Source: Octopus bimaculoides (taxonomy: Eukaryota). From it: a stretch of 64,000 bases of DNA. Shown here one piece after another: positions 25,788 through 39,351 of the stretch. Under the pieces are notes generated by a model, which had not been told where the DNA came from, did no database searches, and saw only the letters and a list, made by a program, of their open reading frames with translations. The translations under genes were made by a program, and so were the position numbers. How positions within the stretch are numbered: position 1 is the stretch's first letter; each line of letters starts with the position of its first letter. Location: positions 35,435,174 to 35,499,173 of the forward strand of contig NC_068995.1 of NCBI RefSeq assembly GCF_001194135.2, written 5' to 3'.

Positions 25788-27132
25788 GTCAGAAAGTATG
25801 GATATTCATAACTGACATACACAGATTCCATGAAAAGAGATATCAAATCAATCCTTCAGCGGCAGTGGGATACATGACAAATCAGTCCCCAGTTTCAGGG
25901 TGCAAGGGTACCACCACACTTACAAGAATATCTAATATACATTCCAAAGTGTAATATTCCAGTTCAGCATCAGATAATACTGTAGCATTGATCAAGCCTT
26001 TGAGCATCTACAAATCTCAATTGCAAGCCAGATTATAATGATACATTTCTTTCAGAGGTTTAGTTAAAAGAGAAAAGTCCCTTTAGGCGTTGACATGCTA
26101 TTCATAAAAATAAACTCCAGTGAATTAATTATACCGGCCTTCACAACATTTCAATAAGCCGAGTTACACTTACAAGTATTTGGTTGACTCAAGGTCATGT
26201 TTGTTTCCTGTAAGTCATAACTGCGACCTTCAACAATCCATGCATGTAGAAGAGTGCTGAAATTATATACAAGCATCAGAAATTCTATTCAAAATAAGCC
26301 CCTTCTAGTTAACGTCAAATTGAAGGAATTGTTAAAGCATCAACGGAATTCTTTACAGTATCTATTCCGGTTTTCACCGGTTCCAACTTTACTAACCATC
26401 CTTCCCTTGACAATAAAGAAAGTACCAGTTAAAGTCAATGAAATTGCAAAATCATTAAAATATATGCTGGGAAGATTTGCGGTAAATTTTCCTTCCAGTT
26501 GCTTAAATTTTGTATTCAAATTCCATCGTAACCTACATGAGTGGTAGATTTGATTAGAAACCCAGCTTAATATCAAGAACTGTTGCTTTGGGTCCTTTAC
26601 CAGAGACCATAATTTCGCAAGCATTCAGACCAGGTTTTCGTTCGAAGGATTAATTCCTCCCGTTTTACTCCTTACCAAAGGCTTTTAGAAGGCCCAAGAA
26701 CAATGACTCAACTCTCTAACTTGAGACTAAAAGTACATTCTGACGGACGCATTGTTATTGAAGTAACCTCAGCCTCTCTAAGTTAGCAAACATAGCACGA
26801 CTCCGACCAAAGTCCATCTGAAGCACTTGTCGTTTGTCTCTCATTCCCATATTCCAAACGATGAAATTTTCTAACCATTTGTTTGTAGAGTTGCAAACAT
26901 ATGCAATCCATTCACCCTCATGCATCGTGTGTAGGAATTGAGATTGCAATGATATCGGAATGTACTGAAACACTGCTAGTTTTCACTTTCTTGGCCAAAT
27001 TATTCTAAAATTGTGTACTGTAAAATGCACAGCTACACATTCATAAAAAAAGAAAACACTCACAGAACACATGACAAATTTCAGCGGGTGTGTTTGGGAG
27101 AATATGGTATATATTAGAAGAATATAGAGTAT

Positions 27133-27277
27133 ATGGCTAAGGTGTTGCACACAAGATTGCGATATCGTAGTTTCAATTCCTGGACCGGGTGGTGCATTGT
27201 GTTCTTGAACAAAACGCTTCATCTTGCGTTGCCCTGCGATCACTTCTACACTTGACGTGCTGTACACCGTACACCAG
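27133..27277 (+). mobile_element. tRNA-derived SINE, 3'-truncated
   Basis: Head tggctaaggtgttgcac..gtttcaattcc; body shared with 17553-17756. Confidence 0.75.
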
Positions 27278-28049
27278 ATCATCATGAAATCTCATTTTAC
27301 AGGCACGTATTTTCTCGGTCGCTATCTTCAAAGTTATTCCACGCAGCCTCCGATGAAAATTTCATCGCCAGTGTTCTAACATTATTCCACACATCAATAC
27401 TAAATCTTCCGAATAACTTATTTTTTCTAGAATTTGCGATTTCATTCTGTCATTTGCTCCACAGTTTTTTTCAATGTGTAATTCTCTATGTATGGAGCAT
27501 AAAAACAAACTTTCATAATGACAAAATTTCGTGGTTTCCTATGCCATCCGGGACTTTCACTTCGGCATATGATACGTTCACTATTTCTACTAATATTTCT
27601 ATAGCGTTGAGCCAAAACTTTGAAATATGTTGGTAAATAGTTTGCTTTATTCGTTAAGTTACAACGAAAGCAGCCTAGCATTTACATTATTATTAATTTC
27701 GTAAGCCTGAAGGAACACTATGCAGGCGGCTCATTTCGTCAGCATCATTAGTGAAAATGCAACACAAATTATAAATGCAAACTCTTATATAAACCAATAT
27801 CATTGCAGAATAGAATAGAGGTAGAATGAAGTGACAGGGTAATAAAGCGTAAGAGGGAGTATGTAAGTATAGTTGGGATACAACTATGACGTGCTGCAAG
27901 GTGACCTCAGACGATGTCATATCTTGTGATAAAGCCCCGAAACTGTGATTTCTGTGAGATACCTGTTGAATCTTCGCTGGGACTCTACTCCATATGAATA
28001 CCACATATACTTCAGAGAGACACTACCAAACTCCCGTTTCCTGTGAAAC

Positions 28050-28700
28050 ATTCAGAAGGCATTATTTGTTGTGAGAAGGAAAAATGTGTGTGTCGGCCGG
28101 AATCCCAAGTATAACCGATTTTGAGATGAACTAAGGTTGCTGTGTACGATAAACCTTCTCTTGTAATTATAAAACTAAGACCTTTCCCTCGCAGCATAGA
28201 TATAGTAGCATTTTGGAAAGAAATATCATTAAGCTGCCCTACTCCATCACATGCAAAGTGGTCGATATTATACCGTCTTCTTCTAGGGGCAATCTTGTAA
28301 AATAAAATGTCGAGATCTTCTGCAGGATGGATGCAAGTAAACCCAGTGGCGGCTCTGAAACCGTCAACACCCGCAAGCGAACACCAGTGAAATCCACTTT
28401 GTGAAAATACATAGCATCCGGAATAATCACACTGTTGAGAATAATAAGTGAAACACCACTGTATGGAGCTGAAATTGCTACTGTGCCCAAAACATTTGGC
28501 GTCTTGTCGATTCTTGCAGCGCACCTTTAAGAGTATATATATGTTTTTCTCCTTGTCTCCGTATTCTTTCTGTTGAAGAGCGTAGCTCGAAACGTCAAAG
28601 ACTTTCCGTATTCTCGAGCGTCATACTAATACATCCTTTTGTTATTTACACCACCTGTCCTCGTCTGTTGTTGTTTTTTCGTACATTCTCCCATATATAT
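28050..28700 (+). mobile_element. Decayed Penelope-like 3' region
   Basis: Weak CVCR.. and PYSITCKVV similarity to the PLE GIY-YIG region, followed by a hammerhead-like motif and a T-rich terminus. Confidence 0.4.
28565..28601 (+). ncRNA. Minimal hammerhead-like motif with non-canonical core
   Basis: tcttt CTGTTGA a gagc gta gctc GAAA cg TC aaaga: 5-bp stem I, 4-bp stem II, palindromic stem III, GUC triplet. Confidence 0.5.
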
Positions 28701-29653
28701 ATATACTGTGCTTGTTGCTTGTTTCGTTTGTATTGATGTTGTCTGTCGATTCACTAAATTCTCCCTTCCATGTTGTGCGAATAACAATCATTTTTTAAAT
28801 AACTTCAAATCTGGTTACCCCTAAAAATTAGTAAATATGATTTCCATTCCTGTAGCCTAATATATATATATATATATGAATGTATATGTATTTATGTATA
28901 TGGAGTGGGGTATTTTGGTTATCGCATTTACAGTCTTAACTCTATGTTAATAATCATTACGGAATTCTCCCTGTGATAGATTAATTAAACAAAGAGAGAA
29001 ATTTTCATTGGGTCTATATTCATATCTACTACGGAATAATCCCCCCGAGAAAATCATAAATATAGATCATTATTAGTTAATTTAAACAATTTTTTTTTAT
29101 ATCAGCTAATTTAAATAGATAAAAGAGTTGTATTAAAGATGTAATTGCTTATATGTTTTGTTGTAGTTATAAGCGGGAGAGGACTTAGATAATTATATAC
29201 ATTTACATACACACATATCTTATTGTTATATGCTGTGGTGACAAGCGACAATCGTGGACATGAAATGGTTTCAACTGGTATGTGTTTGAGATGTAATGAA
29301 GTGAATTTCGATGGTTGTGGATTGCGTTAAAATGTATATGTTGTGCTTTAATTGTAATTGATACATGATTGAATATTTAACGCTCACACTCATGACGCAG
29401 ACTTTTGAATTAGTTTTCACAATCCAGTTGTCCTTTCACACGGAATTTCGTCTTTTTCTAAACCATGACCCTGAAGTGACATTATATATAAAAGAACTGT
29501 GATTATGTGTATCACAAAATATATATATATATATAAGTCGAAACAATTTGTTGGCCCTTTATGGTTTTTTATAATTATTTATGTTATATAATATCATGTT
29601 ATGTTATATAAATAAATTATTGGATTTTCGATAGTATACCTCTATATTTAATT

Positions 29654-29818
<165 letters not shown>

Positions 29819-31039
29819 AGACACCTACAGGATTATATGCACGACCTGAAATAGCTATATAATTTCGGCTGTATACTTCGATTTATATGTGATAATAATT
29901 ATGCATGTATTTTTATAATGACGTCTTAAATTGCTTACTATGAGATATAATAGAGAAAGCTTACGCGATTGGATCTCTGTTTTCTATCTACCAATCCATA
30001 ATAGTGGCAGCTGTCCTGCTACTCCTTATACGGTAAACGTAAGCTACTCCGTAAATTGTGCGCGTCTCCTCGCCAAATAATGAACTACATCCTTCAGTTC
30101 TGCTGAACATTATATGTTACCTACTTAAATTTTAAGAATAATAATTTTGATACGTTGTCCTTGGAACCTTCCCAGAGCAATGTACCAGTTATTTTTCCAT
30201 AATGTCGGCAACATATCAGCTTTCAGTTTAGAATTTATTTAAAACAATGTTTTTGTTTGTCTTTTTGTTTTTGCAACAATTCAATGCAATTTACCAAACT
30301 CGTATAGTCGTTCCAAAAATACTCCCTCAAGACCGTTGCTATTCAATCAGAGGTAACAAATGCCACATTTTAGTAACGATATCATGAAAACAAAAACAAA
30401 GAATTAATGCGTAGATCTTACAAAGCAACCTACTCAAAGAATATATAAGAATAAATGTAAAAGAAACCATTGAATTTCAATCACTGCATGCATACTTGTG
30501 TAAGCTACAATCTCTCCTTCTGATTTTAGTATCAGTACTTAAACATCTATAGGTTAGCACTTCACAGAAAGCAACTAGGCGGTCATTTATTTAATCAGAT
30601 AAATTATGGTCGATGTAGCTGAATACATAGATAATTAGCAAGATAGACGAATTGTAAAGGGAAATATGCTGAGCTTATCTAATTATCTTTAAGGTATATT
30701 CACGTGCCATTAATCCATCAGTATTTCTTGAGGATGACTGCTCTCCCAGTGGAAATTCAGTTTCTCATTTACATTCGGCTAATGAATGCTTATAACACTC
30801 TCAATACGGCTGAACATAATGTTATTCAAAACCAAATACATTTCAATGCATATAAACATATAAATTGATATACGTTTATATTGATATACATACAGTTATC
30901 GATATAGATCACCTATGATCTATATCGATAATTTTATGTACTGATATTAAGTGGATACATACATACATGCATGCATACATACATACATACATACAAACAT
31001 ACATACATGCATACATACATACATACATACATACATACA

Positions 31040-31071
<32 letters not shown>

Positions 31072-31155
31072 ATCATACCAAACGTATATACAGTGTTAAC
31101 AAGCATGTTTTCATCTCGGAGAATATCTCTTCATAGACGTGTGTCGAAAATAATG

Positions 31156-31466
31156 TATATCTGAACGAGACAAACATCATCCCAGTCATGATCCACAAGA
31201 ACTCTAGACATATTTCGATTTCCTTGCGCTTGTCAAAGAGGTGTACTTGTTAGTTATATGTCTAAACGAAATCTCTCCATCTTCCGATGTATAGGAGTCA
31301 ACAGTATATTCCTTGCCATTGCGGAAAACTGCTAGGCTGAACAAAACATCTGAGCTGTAATTAGTGAATACACTTCATTTATAGGGCTCAACGAAGGAAG
31401 CCGAAACGCACCTGGTGTTCTTCGGGGTTACATATTGGACGATGTTTGTCTCGTTCCGATATATAC
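31156..31466. mobile_element. ~310 bp MITE with 27-bp TIRs in TA context
   Basis: tatatctgaacgagacaaacatcatcc (31156-31182) vs reverse complement of 31438-31465: 2 mismatches. Confidence 0.8.
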
Positions 31467-32136
31467 TGAGTTTTTAACTCAGCATATCATAGATTGCCAT
31501 TTCATTTTAATGCTATTCCAATTGCGTACGCCGAGCTTATTTTCACTCCGGAAGCTTTCTGCAATAACAGCGAAAGTTTCCTATATATTGCTGAGGACAC
31601 GTTTTTTCTTCAAGGCAAACAGAATGTGTATATTCGTTCAAAGATCATATCATTGCTACCTCTAATATTCTCGCCTTTGCAAGGGGTTGTACAGGGAATT
31701 TTATAGATACATTTAAGTATACATATACATTTTTGTGTCTGTGAGTATCTTCAAAGGCGACGACAAGAAAGCCATTAAAACGTGTAGTATAGTTTATCTA
31801 AGCATTAAAAATTAATGACTTATTCCGTGGTACCGATAATGATGCTGCGACCATTCGTATGAGGGAAGAAGAATGAGGAGCTGAGTTGATTCTGGCCTCC
31901 GTCTCTCATTATTTAGTAGAGAATTTGTAATGAGCTGTTATTCCATTTGTTGGCGACGGTGGATATCAAGTGATTGGAATAATAAGTGTTCAATGTACAG
32001 TGCAAAAATTGTCAAATATCAATGATGAACATACCCACCGTAATCCGAAATTTTCTAGTTTGCTTGAACTGGATACAGAATGACTTACAATTGCCTTTTA
32101 TGTTCATTGACCATGGTTGTGTATCAAGTTGTAAAG

Positions 32137-32477
32137 CAGTGGTTCTCAGCCATCTTTTATTTATAGAAACCTTCGATTATTATTCTATTCTGGTGGATTG
32201 CCATAATCATTCTACGTTTAAAGAAAACTAGTTTTACAGATACCTCTTTCAAAATTCCTATTTTATTTTTTCACGCATTCACATAGTTTGAAATATGTAT
32301 GATGCTAGAAAAAGAATCCTAGCTGTTTCTTGCAATAAATGCATCTAAAGCAATTTTTTTTTCATGGACTCTTAAAATACTTCTGAGTATTCCCAATTCA
32401 CTATTTAGTTTGTATGGACCACCAAAATATTATATGGATCCCCCGGGAGCCATATAGACTCCGGTTGAGAACCACAT
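32137..32477. mobile_element. hAT (Charlie-like) MITE
   Basis: TIRs cagtggttctcagcc / ggttgagaaccac; degenerate 8-bp TSD ttgtaaag / ttataatg. Confidence 0.8.
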
Positions 32478-33469
32478 TATAATGCTTTTTCTTTTCAATA
32501 AGAGTCACGTTGCAACTAGTGGTATATGTGAATGCAATATATATTATGTTTTCACTTCTACTACCCTTCAGTTTCTAAAATTTAATATGATAATAGAGTG
32601 GTACTGACTGTGAGCTCTGTGTAATACATTTGTATAACGTCTATTTGTGTAATCATAGTAATGTATATCACTGACTTAAGACAATGAGATCTGTTGAGTA
32701 GAAATGTGTGGTTAGACTGGCAGTTATAACTTGTTCAATGGTGGAGGGTAGGAGGGTACTAATTTGGTGTCTGTGTTACGAAGCCATTACATGTAATAGG
32801 AAAATACTGCTTGTCTAATCAAGACAAGAGTATTCTGAAGATGTTAAATTTACATTCACATTATATGGTGGCTTAAACTATATATTTGTTGTCTTTGTAA
32901 ACCTGATAATTTGAGGAGTTTATCTCAAAAGCTGTCATTTCTTTAAAGTCTCTTTTTATCAATTTTACATTAGACTAGTGATAGTATAGTCAGATAATCT
33001 CTTATATGTACCATGAACTAACATACACATTTATTAAATGGCTATTTACGCAAACTCACACACACATACTTAAATGGTTTTTTTTTTTTATATGTAGGTG
33101 AAGATATATGTGTGTCTATGTGTATTTATGTTTATCAATGCATGCGCATCGGTATGCATATATATATTTAGAAATATACTTTTATTGCAGTATGTAAATT
33201 ACGTAATCGCTACGTATACTAAAAAGAAAATGAACATGATGAACATTCACCAGATTTCAGGCATACGGGGCAATGTGTTGAACGGCTTAGTCGACCAAAT
33301 TGACCCCAGTACCAATGATTTTCTTTTTATCAAGTGTGTCACTTATCCTATCGGTGCATTTTGCGAATAGTTAAAATTCGGGGACATTATCGAGCCAACA
33401 CCTTTTGTTAACACACGCGCGCACACTCACACACACAACCCTAGCACTTTCAAATTTTATATTTTACAT

Positions 33470-33524
33470 GCTACACTGATGAGTAATAAGTAAATATACT
33501 TTAATCTCGAAACGCGTATGTTGC
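33470..33524 (+). ncRNA. Type I minimal hammerhead ribozyme motif, canonical core
   Basis: gctaca CTGATGA g..aagta aata tactt..c GAAA cgcg TA tgttgc: stem I 5/6 bp, G10.1-C11.1, palindromic stem III ACGCGT, GUA triplet. Confidence 0.65.
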
Positions 33525-33709
33525 TAATCGGAGTCGTGTGGATTCATTATTTTTTTCTTTTTGCCTACGTAAAGAAAGTGTGTTACAATCTGGGAGATTC
33601 TTACAATAGTAGAAAAGGAATTTTTTAACTCCTATTTCTAAATTCGGTATGTGGTGAAGCAATTAGCTGACCCCTAATTATAATTATGTTTATAATTATA
33701 GAGTATTTG

Positions 33710-33750
<41 letters not shown>

Positions 33751-33840
33751 AAATAGGACGAGGTGAAATACATTTTGTAACGGTTAGCACCGGATTCAGT
33801 CGTATTGACTTTTTCAACTATATATATATGTATATATACG

Positions 33841-33996
33841 AAAGTCTTTTTTCCGTCTACGAAATCCACATACAAAGCAATGATCTGTCTGGGACTATAG
33901 TTGAAGACACTTTCCCAAAGTACTACGCAGCAAGGTTGAACCCGAAACCATGTGGTTGAGAAGTTAACTTCTTACCACTTATCCACACCTGCACCT
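33841..33996 (-). mobile_element. CORE-type SINE (OR2-like, name tentative)
   Basis: ttccgtctac..atagttgaagacact..cccaa..ttgaacccgaaacc; same family as 38813-38965. Confidence 0.75.
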
Positions 33997-34985
33997 AGTA
34001 GATAGATTCATAAGAGTATTCATGGAGACACTTATAAACACAAATATGTACATATGTATATATATATAAATATATATATATATATTTATAAATAAGTATA
34101 TATATATATATATATATATATATATNNNNNNNNNNNNNNNNNNNNNNNNNNNNNNNNNNNNNNNNNNNNNNNNNNNNNNNNNNNNNNNNNNNNNNNNNNN
34201 NNNNNNNNNNNNNNNNNNNNNNNNNNNNNNNNNNNNNNNNNNNNNNNNNNNNNNNNNNNNNNNNNNNNNNNNNNNNNNNNNNNNNNNNNNNNNNNNNNNN
34301 NNNNNNNNNNNNNNNNNNNNNNNNNNNNNNNNNNNNNNNNNNNNNNNNNNNNNNNNNNNNNNNNNNNNNNNNNNNNNNNNNNNNNNNNNNNNNNNNNNNN
34401 NNNNNNNNNNNNNNNNNNNNNNNNNNNNNNNNNNNNNNNNNNNNNNNNNNNNNNNNNNNNNNNNNNNNNNNNNNNNNNNNNNNNNNNNNNNNNNNNNNNN
34501 NNNNNNNNNNNNNNNNNNNNNNNNNNNNNNNNNNNNNNNNNNNNNNNNNNNNNNNNNNNNNNNNNNNNNNNNNNNNNNNNNNNNNNNNNNNNNNNNNNNN
34601 NNNNNNNNNNNNNNNNNNNNNNNNNNNNNNNNNNNNNNNNNNNNNNNNNNNNNNNNNNNNNNNNNNNNNNNNNNNNNNNNNNNNNNNNNNNNNNNNNNNN
34701 NNNNNNNNNNNNNNNNNNNNNNNNNNNNNNNNNNNNNNNNNNNNNNNNNNNNNNNNNNNNNNNNNNNNNNNNNNNNNNNNNNNNNNNNNNNNNNNNNNNN
34801 NNNNNNNNNNNNNNNNNNNNNNNNNNNNNNNNNNNNNNNNNNNNNNNNNNNNNNNNNNNNNNNNNNNNNNNNNNNNNNNNNNNNNNNNNNNNNNNNNNNN
34901 NNNNNNNNNNNNNNNNNNNNNNNNNNNNNNNNNNNNNNNNNNNNNNNNNNNNNNNNNNNNNNNNNNNNNNNNNNNNNNNNNNNNN

Positions 34986-35065
<80 letters not shown>

Positions 35066-35447
35066 CTCTATCGCTCTCTTTATCTTGCTCTCTCTCTCTT
35101 TCTCATATATTACCTTTTTACTTACTTGTTGTGACGCAAAATGCAGAAAGTGATTAATGTCAAATCCCGTGGTAGGAGACATCAAGTATACTGAGAGGAT
35201 TAGAGTACGGAGGGAATGCCCCAGTAAAGATGGTATGAATTCAGCTAACAGCAATCAATAGAGTCTATTACATATGTGGCAGAAGAATATCTAGCAGCAC
35301 GCTTCTGGGCTAAAAGAGCGGAACATATCTTTGAGTATCTTTACACCAGTCATCTGGTAGACCTTTTGCGGGTTCAGTCTACAATGATGTCTATGTCATT
35401 ATAGCAACATTCCCAGACCACATGTAACTTTAATATTCTATTTAGGT

Positions 35448-35878
35448 AAGGCGGCGAGCTGGCAGAAACGTTAGTACGCCAGGCGAAATGCTTAGCGGTA
35501 TTTCGTCTGCCGTTAGGTTCTGAGTTCAAATTCAGCTGAGGTCGACTTTGCCTTTCTTCCTTTCGGAGTCGATAAATTAAGTGCCAGTTACGCACTGGGG
35601 TCGATATAATTGAATTAACTCCTTTGTCTGTCCTTGTTTGTACCCACTATGTTTAGCCCCTTGTGGGCAATAAAAAAATAAGAAACGTTAGCATGCCGGG
35701 CGAAATGACTAGCGGTATTTCGTTTGTCTTTACATTCTGAGTTCAAATTCCACTGAGGTCGACTTTGGCTTTCATCCTTTCGGAGTCGATAAATTAAGTA
35801 CCAGTTGTGTACTGGAGTCGATCTAATCGACTGGCTCCCTCCCCCAAAATTTCGAACTTTGTGCCTAGAGTAGAAAAG
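35448..35878 (+). mobile_element. Dimeric tRNA-derived SINE (Nin/Deu-like core, OR1-like) with 16-bp TSD
   Basis: Two tandem monomers, each with gtcgactttg(c/g)ctttc..cctttcggagtcgataaattaagt; aatattctatttaggt occurs at 35432-35447 and 35879-35894. Confidence 0.9.
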
Positions 35879-36067
35879 AATATTCTATTTAGGTGCTGCA
35901 TAAGCTTTATAAAGTGTCGATGATTTTGAGAACTGAAATATCTTCTCATACTAAAAAAAAGGGATAGCCGTTGGGATGCAAACTTAGATACGCTAAAGAT
36001 GGGTTTTGCTAGGAGAGATCCTTTGTGGCATTGAGACTGGATATCTGAAGTGACACATACACCTTTT

Positions 36068-36216
36068 ATCTTTTACTTATTTCAGTCTTTGGACTGCGGC
36101 CATGCTGCAACACCAATTTGAAGACTTTTAGTCGAATAAATAGATCATCACACTAATTTTTTAAAGTCTGGTACTTATTCTATACATCTCTTTTTTCCGA
36201 ACCGCTATGTCACGGA
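36068..36216 (-). mobile_element. SINE-like element, diverged copy of the 47667-47868 family
   Basis: ttttactt..ttcagtc..gcggccatgctg..tacttattct..ccgaaccgcta. Confidence 0.7.
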
Positions 36217-36223
36217 GAGAGAC

Positions 36224-36287
<64 letters not shown>

Positions 36288-36359
36288 GTAAATAGATAGA
36301 GAGAGAGAGAGAGAGAGATGCATGAATATAAAATCATATGTATGAATTCTAATAAATAA

Positions 36360-36450
<91 letters not shown>

Positions 36451-36854
36451 TGTGTGAATAAATATGAGTGATGAATAGAGATCTCAGACTCATGCGTTAA
36501 TAGTGATGTCACACTAGACTCTTTCAGCGGCAACAGAATATGAAAGTCATACGGATCAATAGAGACACTCAACTTGTGTTTTCTCAATCGTTTTAATTAT
36601 CGTGTTTACAAGGATATTCAATATACATTCCCCCTGCTTATATTACTTTGCGTTTTATTTTTTAAAATTACCGTTCTATGGTTTATGTGCTGGGAATAAG
36701 GATTTTGCAAAATAAATACAAAAGAAGGGGAAATAAAATAATTGGCGTTTAGGTTTGTCACAAATGAACATTGCTGTGGTCAATAAACTTTCGTATGCTT
36801 TCATTCATTTCGTGTTTGTGTAAGATTTTTAATATACCATTTGATCATGAGATA

Positions 36855-36901
<47 letters not shown>

Positions 36902-37363
36902 ATAACGGTATTAAAGTGAAGACCCTGAAGAAACTACACCGGTATTCTAGTAAGGTTTCAATTGCAACAGTTACTAATCGATGCAGTACAAACATGTGTA
37001 GGTTTGAGGCTGTATTTATATATTAAACAGGAAAACAGGAAACTAGAAAGACTGGAAATTAGGGCATATTTTTAATTCCATATTACAAGTGTTTCATTAC
37101 AGTTACAAAGACATAGCTACAGAAAAAGATGTATGGAATCTCCTATACATAATCTTTTCAGACAATAGTACTCAATAACATCGGATGAAGTTGCAATTTC
37201 TGTTATAAGCATTAATTAGATGCATAGTGAAAGATGTAGGTAAAAAGCTGGAGAAGATGAAGAAAAATATGCAATTAAAGCTATACTAAATTTTTCCACT
37301 CTTTTGTTTTCATTTGTAATTACTCTGGAAATAGAATTAACCGGAAACTTCAAATGCAAAGTA

Positions 37364-37578
37364 CGAGAGGGTGTTGAAACATTTCTCGCTTTAAGGGAGT
37401 CGCAAAAGGCCTGGTTGGAGGCCCGATCTTCCGAGTTCTTTCACAGATCTTAGAAAAACTGAAAGACCGCTACAATAAGTGTATGAATCTGAGAAGGGAA
37501 TGTTGAATAAAATCATAAGTAACTGATGCTCTTGTATTTTCTTCTACGCAAAGGCAGGAACTTTTCACCGTCCACTCG
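37364..37578 (+). mobile_element. Mariner-derived MITE (~215 bp) flanked by TA
   Basis: ta-cgagagggtgttgaaacatttctcgcttt ... aaaggcaggaacttttcaccgtccactcg-ta; retains a transposase C-terminal remnant (EKLKDRYNKCMNL). Confidence 0.8.
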
Positions 37579-37681
37579 TATGTATCGTTCAAAATAAAGT
37601 ATCTATATATACTCATTTGATTGGTGTGAATATGCAGATGTTCTTCACCAGGACACAGTTTGGATTGTAACCCTTCAATAC

Positions 37682-37731
<50 letters not shown>

Positions 37732-37989
37732 TAGGATTCAAGTGAACCAGGCACTCGTAGAATCACGAAGATGAATATGCCGTTGATTTTTAAATGTTTA
37801 TAAATGTGGTTCATGTATTTACCTGATAAGAACGATTTTTTTCTAATGATGTAATGTCTCCATAAATCAATTAAAAAATTCGTTGGAAACAGCTGTAGTA
37901 AATCGATACATTATCCATCTGTTGTTATTTATTCACAAACATGTATACATGCATGCATACATATATAAATACATACATACCTATCTACA

Positions 37990-38021
<32 letters not shown>

Positions 38022-38707
38022 ATAGTGCGAACACATCAAATGCTAAGGCATTTAGCAGTGACCTGGTATTTTGTATATATTGAGACATTGGTCTTCGTTT
38101 CTCTATGTGTAGATCTTCAAAAGTTTCGCTTGTAAACCTAGAGGCTAGTCATACGTGTAAAAAAATTAAATTGAACTAAATTTTAGGTTAGTGCATTGAG
38201 AAATATTAGGAAGACGACAGTTGAAAGTGAATCTTCAAATATGAAAAAAATTTGCGTATCGAGAACTAAGAATGCTTTCTTAATCCACGTAATTATATAT
38301 TACAAGTATATAGCTTATATTAACATTTAAGCGGCTGAATTGCCTGTGAGATGATTTCAGTGCGGAAATATAACACTAATGATTAGCTAACAGTTTATAG
38401 AGAAATTTTAAATATACGTTAAATATACGTTGTCCGAATGAAGAAATGAATGAAATATTGAATCGAAATCTAAAAGTAAAATTTAATTTGAAACAATAAA
38501 GAGGAAAGCAGACGTGGAAAAAATAGAATGCAATATTGTAATGAATATAGCCATAGTGATATATAGTTCTTGCAATTATTCTATCAGTACCGTTTTGCCG
38601 AACCGCTACGTTGAGGAGGTGTTAACATATCACTCGGTGATAGTATACAAGCATATTCACACACACACACACACACATACACACACACTCTCTCTAACTC
38701 TTTCTCA

Positions 38708-38783
<76 letters not shown>

Positions 38784-38812
38784 CATACACATGTGTGTGT
38801 GCGTGTGTGTGT

Positions 38813-38965
38813 ACGACGGACTTCTGCCCGTTTCCAGCTGAGAAATTCGCTCACGAATCTTTGATCGGCCCGAGGTAATAGTAGAACAGATCTGCCCAAG
38901 GAACCACGCAGTGGAACTGAATTCAGAACTTTATGATTGGGAAGTAAACACCCATACTTGTGCCT
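38813..38965 (-). mobile_element. CORE-type SINE (OR2-like)
   Basis: acgacggacttct..ggcccgagg..atagtagaa..gcccaagg..cacgcagtgg. Confidence 0.75.
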
Positions 38966-39351
38966 ATATGAAGAAATAACTAATATAATGGTTCCGAATC
39001 TTTGTCGCTATGCAATTTGTCCATTGTGCTAACGTATAAATACTGAACATTACATAAACTAATATTCAATATTTAAATGCAACCCTCTCATAGATTTTAT
39101 GCTTACTGTGAAAAATGTTGCCATGGATCCTATTATGAAAGATTCAACTGCAAATAATGCCAATGCAAAATGATATCAGATATTATTTATAGGCATTGAC
39201 CTGCGAGAAATATATAGCACCTAGTGTTGGAATGTAAAAGGTATATTGAATATGTGTTGTATGACCGTGATACCTGAAGAAATTATAGATATGTAGTCAA
39301 GTTCAGTGAGCCAGTTTGACTTCACTGTTTTAAATTCGTAGCTATAAGATA

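Larger units (their letters stand above)
24850..27000 (-). pseudogene. Unidentified decayed coding-like block (strand tentative)
   Basis: Non-microsatellite, more balanced composition; Cys-rich remnants on the minus strand (HLHPFCSVCG..GICKAPAC; YSCKCGG..LICHVSHC..FHGICV); many stops. Confidence 0.3.

Noticed and set aside
29990-30115. CpG-richer patch with possible micro-exon (..VAAVLLLLIR) and GT donors
   Set aside because: Splice signals are weak and common by chance; no recognisable protein.
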